Shown: one piece after another, positions 8,333 through 18,331 of the stretch
Position numbering within the stretch: position 1 is the first letter of the stretch
Layout of the letters: each line of letters begins with the position of its first letter
Origin: Octopus sinensis
Taxonomy: Eukaryota
Length of the DNA: 18,565 nucleotides
NCBI RefSeq assembly: GCF_006345805.1
Contig: NW_021824486.1
Coordinates: 1 to 18,565 of the forward strand
Reading direction: 5' to 3'
Translations under genes and position numbers: made by a program
The notes under the pieces: model-generated
What the model was told of the DNA's origin: nothing
The model's database searches: none
Seen by the model: only the letters and a program-made list of their open reading frames with translations

Positions 8333-9252
8333 ATTAGAGATAAAACCACTGTTAGGCAAATCAAACAGTGAAAATCATAAACCAAAACATAAAAATAAAA
8401 TAATTATTATAATATACAAAATATATGAAATATAAAATTTAAGTTTCAAAATATATTCTTTTCTAGAGGGTATTGGAATATCCTTCAAAGATGAATTCCA
8501 AAATAGCGGTTCTATCTTACCTGTAAATTCCATAACTTACGAAATTGAGATATTACACTCTATAAACGTAATTTATCAATATATTTTTATATATAAAAGT
8601 AAGGTTGTGTTTCTGTCTACTCCAATTTAGATTCCTAACTACTCCCACATTTTGCGGTGCAGTTTAATCAAAACCGGGTATCTTATAGTCGTGATTTATA
8701 TCAAGCCCTTCTGGGTATTATCGCGCGTCTACGATGAGTCTACGATTTTAAAAATAATTTACCATCATTTTTTTCCATTTTAATGCATATTTTTTTTTAA
8801 TATAAAGGAAGTAACTCTCTGAAAATGTCTACGATGAGTCAACGATTTTAAAAAAAATTACCATAATTTTTTTTCCATTTTTAATGCATTTTTTGCTATT
8901 TTTTGGTTATAACTCTCTACAAATGCTTTATAGTTATTTCCCTTACAAACACGAGCAACGCCGGGCGATACTGCTAGTTAATAATAATAATAATAATAGT
9001 AATATTCGGGAGTAAATCCAAACTTACAGGGAAAAATTAGATTTAAGATTAAATCTAATTTCACAGTATAAATATAAATTAAATTAGAGATAAAACCACT
9101 ATTAGGTAAATCAAACAATGAAAAACATAAACCATAACGTAAAAATAAACATAATTAATATAATATACAAAATATATAAAATATAAAATTAAAGTTTCAA
9201 AATATAATCTTTTCTAGAGGGTACTGGAATATCCTTCAAAGATGAATTCCAA
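8333..9252. repeat. Direct repeat pair of about 170 bp (8333-8501 and 9083-9252)
   Basis: ATTAGAGATAAAACCACT...CCTTCAAAGATGAATTCCAA is present twice with scattered substitutions, and a Helitron lies between the copies. Confidence 0.9.
8584..8977 (+). mobile_element. Non-autonomous Helitron with an internal tandem duplication of about 100 bp
   Basis: 5' T(T)TTTATATATAAAA (TC degraded), 3' CACGAGCAACGCCGGG-CGATACTG-CTAG|T. TCTACGATGAGTC.ACGATTTTAAAA...TAATGCAT is repeated at 8728 and 8828. Confidence 0.85.
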
Positions 9253-9254
9253 TA

Positions 9255-9290
<36 letters not shown>

Positions 9291-9307
9291 TGTATGTATG
9301 TATGTAT

Positions 9308-9387
<80 letters not shown>

Positions 9388-9393
9388 ACATAT

Positions 9394-9452
<59 letters not shown>
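9253..9452. repeat. (GTAT)n/(AT)n compound microsatellite
   Basis: Direct reading. Confidence 0.95.
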
Positions 9453-9566
9453 CTGTAAAAGTAAAAGGGTAAAAAATTGAGTACAAGACAAACAGTGGTT
9501 CGCATGCGCAATGAAAGTCAAAAGACATCAAATATTTATATAAGAGTGTATAAAAATTTACACACG

Positions 9567-9894
9567 AAGAGGGAACTTGGCTACGAAGTTCTTCCCCACC
9601 CAGCCTATTCCCCAAACCTTTCTCCTACCGGCTACCACATCTTCAAGCATCTTGATGGTTCCCTGAGAGAGAAGGAGTTCAAAAATCAAACCGATGCTTA
9701 AAGTGCGTTCAAAGAGTTGAAAAAGCTCCAGAACTCCATATTTTTATGTTACCGGAATAAACAAACTTGTAACTCTTTGGCAAAAATGCTGATTTTAACG
9801 GTTCTTACTTTGATGAATAAAATTTTCGCATTGTTGAAATATATTGTGAGGAATTTCATGTTGTAAAACGTTGCTTTATTTTTACTCAACCTGA
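9567..9894 (+). mobile_element. Mariner transposase 3' relic with right TIR
   Basis: ELGYEVLPHPAYSPNLSPTGYHIFKHL matches the HPPYSPDLAPSDYHLF motif. Later GINKLVTLWQKC and GSYFDE* follow, and the element ends in TIR-like TTTATTTTTACTCAACCTGA plus TA. Confidence 0.88.
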
Positions 9895-10419
9895 TATATA
9901 TATATCACCTTCGAAACACGCTGGAGTTGAACTAGGGACAGCTGATGAAGGGGATTTTTCCTTGTGTAGTTTGTCTTGTACTCTGTTTTTTTCGTTTAGG
10001 TCCGTTTCCACGTTTGTTTTTACGTTTTCGTTTCTCGTTGAGTTCTACGTCTATTTGTGGTGTCCTGTACTCACGTATATATATTTATATATGCATGTAT
10101 ATATACATGTAGATATAGGTACGTACATATATGTATGTATGCATATATTTTATTTATTACACTATTATATATATATATATATATAAATTGCGAGGATGAT
10201 CCGGTCTTGACTGAAGATAAAAGGCTTCGAATGGTCTGTCCGCGTTTTTTTGTATCGTCTATCTGGATGTTTTGTTGTCCCATTTTGTATTATATATATA
10301 TATATACATATTACGGTTATGACTTTTTGATTTTTGAGGAAAGTAAACAATTTACTGAATTAAAAGTCGACGAAGAATTTTATACAAGTAGGAAAAATGA
10401 CCTTTATTCTAAGGTTTTT

Positions 10420-11515
10420 AAAAAAATGTCACCCCCAACTGAAGAAATCTAACACCACTTTTGACACAAATCATGCAAAATTCTAGGGGGCGGGTTTATA
10501 ATGCCTACTTAAGTTTTACCAAACTTGGTGTGCTGACTTAATGCAATGCAGAAATTTCAGCTTTCAAGTTTAAGTAGTTTAGGAGTTGTAGAATTTTTAA
10601 TTTGCTACCACTTAGGCCCTACTTCAGGAAATATCCTTTTTCTCTCCTTTTTATTTCTGTGACGCTAAAATCTCTGACTATGTTAACTCTTTATGAAAAC
10701 AGTAGGCCTATCCAACTAGAGTATCTAAAATAATGTTTCATAAGAGAAGTGTTTGTGTCACTCAAAGAAACAAAACAAATCTGGATGAAGAAACTCGTGA
10801 AATTTCAAGACTCACATAGGAAAAGAAGACCTGTTCATCTAGAAGAGTATTCTTTGGAAAACAACTTCAGGATACCAATGAAACTTTAAATTGTCGGTCG
10901 GTACCTGTTCCTTGATGGTGCCATCAAAGGAAGGAAAAAAAGAACAAAGGAAAAATTTCGAAAAAAGTAACTTTTTTTTATGACAAAAGAAATTAAATTT
11001 CCCAAATTTATCGATTCAAAATGTACAAGCAAAAGCTGAAAAGTGCTGAATACCTACGATACATTTGTAAAACGAGGAAAATACGATTTATTGAAAGGAA
11101 TTTTTGACATCACAAAGGAAAACAGTGAATGGCTCTGCAGTGAGGATAGAGGGTTATATTATCATTAAATTGAAAGCAAGGGACAGACTGGATATGGAAC
11201 CTCAATTCAGTAATCTTAAAAATGTATAAATGCACTTTTATTCCACATCTCTCTTGCATTTACAAGGATTTAGGCAGCGGAAATACTGAAGTGTGAATCT
11301 AGTGCCACTTAGTGATTATAGATTAAAAAGCCCATAACTCCGAAACTACTTCAACTAGAAAGCTGAAATTTCAGATATACTACTTCTGTATTGCATTGAG
11401 TCAGCACACCAAGTTTGGCAAAAGCTTGAGCAGGCGGCATGAAACCTCCAAGAATTTTGCATGATTTGGGTAAAAAATGATGATCAATTTCTTATGTTTA
11501 GGGTGACGTTTTTTT
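10420..11515. mobile_element. DNA transposon relic with long imperfect TIRs (about 10420-10601 and 11322-11515)
   Basis: AAAAAAATGTCACCC...AAATCATGCAAAATTCT...CCAAACTTGGTGTGCTGACT.AATGCAAT.CAGAA...TTTCAGCTTTC.AGTT.AAGTAGTTT.GGAGTT is matched in reverse on the right side. Confidence 0.8.
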
Positions 11516-12430
11516 CTCTTCTCTGACTTGTTCTTTTTTTTCTCTTCTTTGCGTTGTCCTCAGTTGTGGAGTGGTTATTTTCATAGCCTGCTGAATACCA
11601 TTTTCTATAAGTAGTGACAGGTATTTTTGTTTCAGCAGAAATTCTTTCAGTTCCACCAGGCGCTGATTCCTGATCTTCAAATCTTCTGCAATAGTACAGA
11701 TTCTTCTGGCCAAGAAGTATGGGATGTTACGTTTTGTATGCGGTGGATGGCACGATTTAAAATCCAGGTATTAATCTGTATCTGTTTATAATATATATAT
11801 GTGGTAATGGTGGTGTTCTTTTTAATCACCATTATATCTAGGAATGGTAATTTGGTACTGCTCATCTCATTTGTAAATTGGATGGATGGGTGTAGGTTGT
11901 TCAAGAGGAATTTGAATTCTTTCACAGTGTTTTGAGATTTTGTTCGGATTATGAAGCAATCGTCGAGGTATCTCTTCCATGCCTTTTCAATATACGTCCT
12001 AAATTCAGTGCTGCATCTCTCCTCTATTTCCTGGTGGAGTTTTTGTTCTAAGTATCCCATCACCGAGTTCGCGTAAACGGGAGCAAACCTCGTTCCCATG
12101 GCCATGCCTTTAATTTGGATATAGTTCTTTCCATTGAAGAAGAAAGTGTTGTTTTCAAGAATAAGTTTGACTGAGTCTAATATAAATGTCACTGTGAATC
12201 TGTTGGGAATTGCTTCTCTATGTTTATCTACCCAGTATTTAATCGCCTTTATTCTTAAATCATATGGGATATTGGTGTAAAGGCTTACTACATCAAGGCT
12301 CAGTAGGACTGAGTTTGTTTCGGTTGTTTTGGGAAGATGGGACAGGAAATCTATGTCAAACCGAATGAAGATGGCTATGTAGGTACATAGTGGTTTCAAA
12401 ATAATGTCGATGAAATTTCTTAAGCAATTC
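11516..12430 (-). pseudogene. Penelope-like element reverse transcriptase relic (RT core and thumb, frameshifted, no GIY-YIG)
   Basis: SLDVVSLYTNIP, GMAMGTRFAPVYAN, WKRYLDDCF, LNNLHPSIQFT and LPFLDI motifs. After a frameshift near 11790: QYLDFKSCHPPHTKRNIPYFLARRICTI, a typical PLE thumb. Confidence 0.92.
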
Positions 12431-14138
12431 CTTATGATTACAGCTGTTTCATAATTTGCTTCTGTTACATCATCGAATCTGAATTGCAGTTGTATATACA
12501 TTGTATACACTTCGCTCATGCCTGGGGTACATACATATGCACAAATGCAGTTATAAAGCTACATAACGATGAACGAAAGAGAATTCATTTTCAGGACATA
12601 TTCCGGACATACCCGATATAGAAAGAAAACTTTTGATTTATGGTAAAATAGTAGTAGTAGAAGAGAGAAGCGGGAATTGTAACGGATTCACTCCGACCCC
12701 GCCCCTGAAACATCCATTAGCAACATATGTGTAGCGATATGTTATTTATCCCCATCTACTCGAAGACAGCTTTTCACCTGGCTATGAGGTATCTTGATTT
12801 AGCCGTTTTGGCTCCGCTCTTTGGCATCGTTGATTCGACGCTTCTTTATTCAACATCAGACGTTCAAATATTTCTTTTGTTCTCTATCTTTTCTCTCCCC
12901 ACCCATCTTGCCCTCTCCCCCTCTCTCCGTTCCCACTTCTCTCCCTCTCGTGCGTAAGTATATTTCTCTTTTATTTATACAAGATGAAACGAGCTTAAGT
13001 CATTAATATTCAATTAATAAATTGTAACCTCTCTCTCGTACACATCCACACTTTCTATGCATATATTCTGTGCGTTCATGCGTGTTTACACGCATGCATG
13101 TGTGTGTGTGTGTGTGAGCGCGTGTGTGTGTGTGAGTGTGTATTCTTAGCCCTAGCTCAAAATCCACTGTATCCCCTCAGCCGTGCCAAATCTTCAGTGT
13201 CCAAACAGCTGCGCCCAATGGTCTCATCCAGGTATCACGGACACTCAGGCTCCACCGATTGACTTCCTTTCTCCTTTTCCTCCTCCTTATCCTTATCCTC
13301 CTCCTCTTCTTCTTCCTTAACCTCCCCTTCTCTTCTTCTTCCTCTTCTTCTTCCTCCTCCTCTTCTTCTTACTCTTGTCAGTCATATTCTGACCAATTCC
13401 CACGGTCACACTTACTGCTTCATCGCAGTTCCACTTCCTCCACCATCCACTTGTTTCAAAACCACCATCAACCTTGTCAATGCTATCGGTCTCAGAAGGC
13501 ACGACAAGACTATAGACATGTCCCTTTCCTGCAGACCTCAACCATTAGGGATAAATAAGACGGGACCACAAAACGGTGATCACGCGCAATACGGTGTATG
13601 TCACCAATCATACATGAATGCTCCAACACGTTTATAATCATTTTGATTTTGTTTAATTTGATTCAGGAACATTGGAGAAATTCAATCTGTACAGTAAGAA
13701 TATTCTAGTAGAGTAAAAATTCTTGTTTGTATTGATAAGACACGCCGATCATGACGTAACATGTAACACCGATGTCGTGTTTGTTACGCACACATGTCTA
13801 TGTACATACACTTAGCTATATACACGCATATATATATCGACAGATATACATATATGCACTCATACATACATTATATATATATATATAGGGTGTGACTACA
13901 CTTTTTCGGAAGTTGACAGTTTCTGGGGAATAGAACGAATGGATATTGCAATGTGTTTATAGTACCTTGTTGTTATTTAGTTACATTATTCCATTGGTGA
14001 ATAAATGCAGGAATTCTCTTATAAATACTTAACTCCAAGAGCGCGTGACTTTTGAACAGTATTGTAAAAGAGTAAATGAAAAAATATTTGTGTGTGTGTG
14101 TGTGTGTGGTGTGCTAACTCTCATTAGCGTACCCACTG

Positions 14139-14175
14139 ATACATACATACATACATACATACATACATACATACA

Positions 14176-14204
<29 letters not shown>
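14139..14204. repeat. (ATAC)n microsatellite
   Basis: Direct reading. Confidence 0.95.
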
Positions 14205-14208
<4 letters not shown>

Positions 14209-14289
14209 GGTATTGTAGGCAAATGCAAGTATGCTTACATGTACAGTTTACCATGTGATGGGGCCAACTACGCCATCATCAGTTGCAGT

Positions 14290-14334
14290 ACAGTCCAATG
14301 ATGGCTTAGCTCGCCGAAACTTCGAAGTCACTGT
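14290..14334 (+). ncRNA. Decayed type I hammerhead (core mutated to CCAATGA)
   Basis: ACAGT-CCAATGA-T-GGC ttagctc GCC-GAAA-CTTCGAAG-TC-ACTGT. All stems and the GUC site are intact, but CUGA has become CCAA, so it is predicted inactive. Confidence 0.7.
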
Positions 14335-14442
14335 TAATACTATTTTTGTTAAAGAATAATGAATTTGCACTCTATCAAATGTATTGAGTAATCCTATTTA
14401 ATGTAAAATAGTTTTATTATAACATAAAAACAAACATTAATA

Positions 14443-14552
14443 CATATATATATATAATATATGTATGTATGTATATATGTATATATGTATATGTATATAT
14501 ATACATATACATATATATGCATATATATATATATACATATTATATATATATA

Positions 14553-14589
<37 letters not shown>
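14443..14589. repeat. Imperfect (AT)n/(ATGT)n
   Basis: Direct reading. Confidence 0.95.
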
Positions 14590-14594
<5 letters not shown>

Positions 14595-14611
14595 GAAATA
14601 TTAAAATTACT

Positions 14612-14939
14612 AGTCTCTCTAAAGGAGATTACGGCAGCGTTACTGGAAATTAATAGTTATCGCCATACTAATATGGCAGTCTTATAAATATAAGACTAAA
14701 GCTATCGCTGATTAGCTCCAAGAGACCACCGCCTCAAGCTAGCTATTTGACACACAACCTGCGTCCATTATAAATGTACTATAATGGACGCAGGTTGTGT
14801 GTCAAATAGCTAGCTTGAGGCGGTGGTCTCTTGGAGCTAATCAGCGACAGCTTTAGTCTTATATTTATAAGACTGCCATATTAGTATGGCGATGACTATT
14901 AATTTCCAGTACGCTGCCGTAATCTCCTTTAGAGAGACT
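14612..14939. repeat. Near-perfect inverted repeat (161/160-bp arms, 7-nt loop AATGTAC)
   Basis: 14612-14772 versus 14780-14939: one extra T (14640/1) and two transitions (14658, 14704). Confidence 0.97.
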
Positions 14940-15488
14940 TATATATATATTAATTACGACAATTGTTTCGACACATCTAGATTGTGTGTTCGTTTCTCAT
15001 TTTACCATCTGTGGTTTCATTTCCTCTGTCTGGCTCCTGAGTAAATTTGTATTTAATAAAAGTAAAGAAGAAAAAAAAAAAAAAGAAAGCAATGGAATTG
15101 CATCGAGGACTTTAACAACTTGAGAATGAAATGCGTTTCCAACAGCACAGTGTGATTTTTATAAACCTCGAGACTGATATCATGAGAGCTTAATAAATTT
15201 CAATTTCTTTCAGTATGACAAAATCGCCTTTTTAATCAATTGAAACCGGTTACGTAATCTCATGAAAAAAGTGAGGTTTGTCTTTTAAGTATGATAAATT
15301 TCGTAAAGCATTCTTTTCTATTCAAACACACACACACGTCTGTGTGTGTGTATGTGCGTATTTGTGTACATGGCATATATTTGTGATTGTCATGTATAAG
15401 GACGAGAGCACTCAATGTAAATTTGGCGGAGTATACTGTACTATAAAACAAAACTACAGTCTTCAAGAAACACTATGCATCTTCTCGT

Positions 15489-15624
15489 GGTGTGATGTCA
15501 TATATGCTTAACTCACGCTCCTGGGGTATAGACAACTCTTGACCGTCTTCTTTCGCTCAACGCAACACGATTATGAGTTGTTTATACACCTGAGGAGCGA
15601 ATTACGCAGGTATGATGTAACATC
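15489..15624. repeat. Decayed inverted repeat (about 50-bp arms, 36-nt spacer)
   Basis: CGCTCCT-GGG-GTATAGACAACTC pairs with GAGTTGTTTATACACCTGAGGAGCG, and weaker pairing extends outward. Confidence 0.7.
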
Positions 15625-15727
15625 CCGTTACGCACACATATATACACACATACTCGCATGCATACATACATAAATATAAATATAGCCTGCTTGTCTAACA
15701 CTATCTATCTACCTAGCTAACAAGCAA

Positions 15728-15802
15728 TATATATATAAATATATGTATATATATGTATATATATATATATATGTATATATATATACATGCATTTACTATG
15801 TG

Positions 15803-15840
<38 letters not shown>

Positions 15841-15948
15841 TATATCTATATGTGTGCATATATATACGTACGTATGTATATATATATGTATATATATGTG
15901 TGTTTGTGTGTATATATATATATATATATACATATACATACATATATA

Positions 15949-16020
<72 letters not shown>
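15728..16020. repeat. Long imperfect (AT)n
   Basis: Direct reading. Confidence 0.95.
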
Positions 16021-16021
<1 letters not shown>

Positions 16022-17004
16022 GACACATATAATCATATATATTTTGAATACATATACATGTATATGCATGCACACACGAGCACAGTGGTTGAGAGAAACA
16101 GGTACAGGTAAATACAATGTTAATGAAATAATTTTTTTTTTTGCTTTCCATCGTCATTCTCTAGTGATAATATTTTCATCTAATTAATATTTGTCTACGT
16201 ATATATAAATAATTATTTATATTGCGTGTATGATTATAAGCGAACACCTGAATATATATTTGTATGTATTAATATTCATTATGTACCACGTGTGTCAATG
16301 AACGTCTGGTATGTGAATTTGGAAATATTTATACTCACACGTACACATTAATATATACGCACGTATACATATATATAATATACGTATATGAGAGAGAGAA
16401 AGAGAGTGAGTGAGACAGAGAGAGAGAGCCAAAGGGAGAGGGCCAGAGAGGGAGAGAGAAATTGTGCATCGATACGTTATTGCATGCAAATGTGCAGCAC
16501 TTTCTCACACACAAAAACACAGGTACATGTATAAATCAACAACTTACTTCCCAATATTGAGCCATTTTAAAGAATAACGACACATACACATAAATATTCA
16601 AATCTATACAATAAAATCAATTCACAATGGCGAAACTGTGCAGTAATGGATGCGTAACTAATTTATTACACTCTTTAAAACACATATATTCACTCTTTTT
16701 CAATAGTTTTCTCTCTGTATCTTTCTGTTATAACATAATATAAATAATACTTATACACGTGTCTACCTAAATGCGTATATGCATATATACATACAGGTAT
16801 CTATTCAAACATGCATGTGTATATCAAATTCAATAAGAGAATATTTACATGCAAAAACTACTTGAGTTCCCCATGGCTTTGAATATATTATTGTGACTAC
16901 GTTAAAACGTGCATAATACAATATATGATATAATGTAGAAGACGGTAAAAAGAAAACTCAAATTAAAATATACATATTCAAGTAAAAGTTATGTTTCACT
17001 GGCA

Positions 17005-17090
17005 TGTGTGTGTGTGTGTTGTGTGTGTGTGTGTGTGTGTATGTGTGTGTGTGTGCGTGTGTGTGTGTGTGTATGAGAGTGTGTGCGTGT
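17005..17090. repeat. (GT)n microsatellite
   Basis: Direct reading. Confidence 0.93.
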
Positions 17091-17408
17091 GTAACAGTGT
17101 TTGAAGTTCAGTTTATTGTATTTTCCCGTTGTCTGTGGTTATCACAAACACTAAGAGATGTATTACATAAATCATTATTCCAAGAGACAGTCTGCTTTAT
17201 GTAGAATCTTACACAGTTTTCAGAATTTCAGTCCGTTCATACCCCAACCCGTATCCCTCGCGTACACACACCAATACATGCGTGCGCGCGCGTATATTTC
17301 GTCTTGTGTAAATTTATATGTAAAAGCATGTTAGTGTGTATTTTTTAATAGGGATCATCATACTTTTTAATAAAGTATCATATTTATCGATTTTTACAAG
17401 AGATGTTT

Positions 17409-17455
17409 GACAGTGACTTCGAAGTATCAAGTTACATGTACTCACTCAGATTGTC
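17409..17455 (-). ncRNA. Decayed type I hammerhead
   Basis: Minus strand reads GACAAT-CTGAGTGA-gtacatgtaactt-GATA-CTTCGAAG-TC-ACTGTC. GAAA has become GATA, and the 15-mer CTTCGAAGTCACTGT is shared with 14320-14334. Confidence 0.6.
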
Positions 17456-17490
17456 TGATGATCGTTAGAAAGCCGAAACTTCGAATCAGT
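17455..17490 (+). ncRNA. Decayed type I hammerhead
   Basis: CTGATGA-T-cgttagaaagcc-GAAA-CTTCGAA-TC-AGT. The 14-mer GCCGAAACTTCGAA is shared with 14313-14326. Stems I and II are broken. Confidence 0.55.
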
Positions 17491-17615
17491 CAGCCTTTTC
17501 CTGGAAAAATTTCATATATTTTGTTATACTTCAGGATGGTTTTTTTTTTTGCCAAATAAACACTCGCACTATATATATTTTTTCTTCACTCGTTTATTAC
17601 TTTTCTTATTTCAAC

Positions 17616-17744
17616 TCATATCCATTGTCCGGAAATCTTGCGCCACACATCTGTGACCTCTTCAACGACACTTTCTGTCCTCGTGTATGCCTCTGCTCTG
17701 CTTAATTCATCCTGTTCTTCTATGATCCCGAAATATAACAATAT
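17616..17744 (-). CDS. Candidate terminal coding exon (ILLYFGIIEEQDELSRAEAYTRTESVVEEVTDVWRKISGQWI*), product unknown
   Basis: CAG acceptor at 17747-17745, exactly 43 codons to TGA, AATAAA about 18 nt downstream (17598-17593), and GC higher than the flanks. The polypyrimidine tract is weak and no homolog is recognised. Confidence 0.3.
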   Translation of the reverse strand: MLLYFGIIEEQDELSRAEAYTRTESVVEEVTDVWRKISGQWI

Positions 17745-18234
17745 CTGTTTCAACACAAGGTTTCACATAAAGAATCTTGCAACACAAATTCATAAACGTT
17801 TTCATATACATTTTCATATGTATTTCAGAGGATTTTTGAACTCATAGCTCTGAAAGCGCGAATAAATATCGTGACGCTTTTATCCGACGCTTCAGCAAAC
17901 CTAGGAATCAACTACCACCCCTACATGCAAATGCATGTCCCACAAATCTATGATGTATGTCTGGTGGTGTCCCAGAATGGACAAGGCGAAATGCTGAACC
18001 GTGTGAAAAATGTATGGGTGTTTTGGTAAAAAGAACGCTTGATAAGCACGTAGTTCTTGGGAAGAATCTCATGAACATCCCTTTGAGTATGTGCTTAGTA
18101 CCATGGCTTTGATTTCAGCTATACCTGGTGAACAGAATTTTAGTACATGGAATGGAGGTTTGGTGCATGGAGATGTGTTTGACCTATGTACACATAAGCA
18201 TACACACAAATACACACACACACAAACATACAGA

Positions 18235-18243
18235 GATAGATAA

Positions 18244-18330
<87 letters not shown>
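18235..18330. repeat. (GATA)n microsatellite
   Basis: Direct reading. Confidence 0.97.

Positions 18331-18331
<1 letters not shown>

Noticed and set aside
11677-12519. 280-aa ORF as an intact gene or telomerase
   Set aside because: The N-terminal 30 aa or so are not RT-like, the C-terminus is frameshifted, and the motifs are PLE-type rather than TERT.
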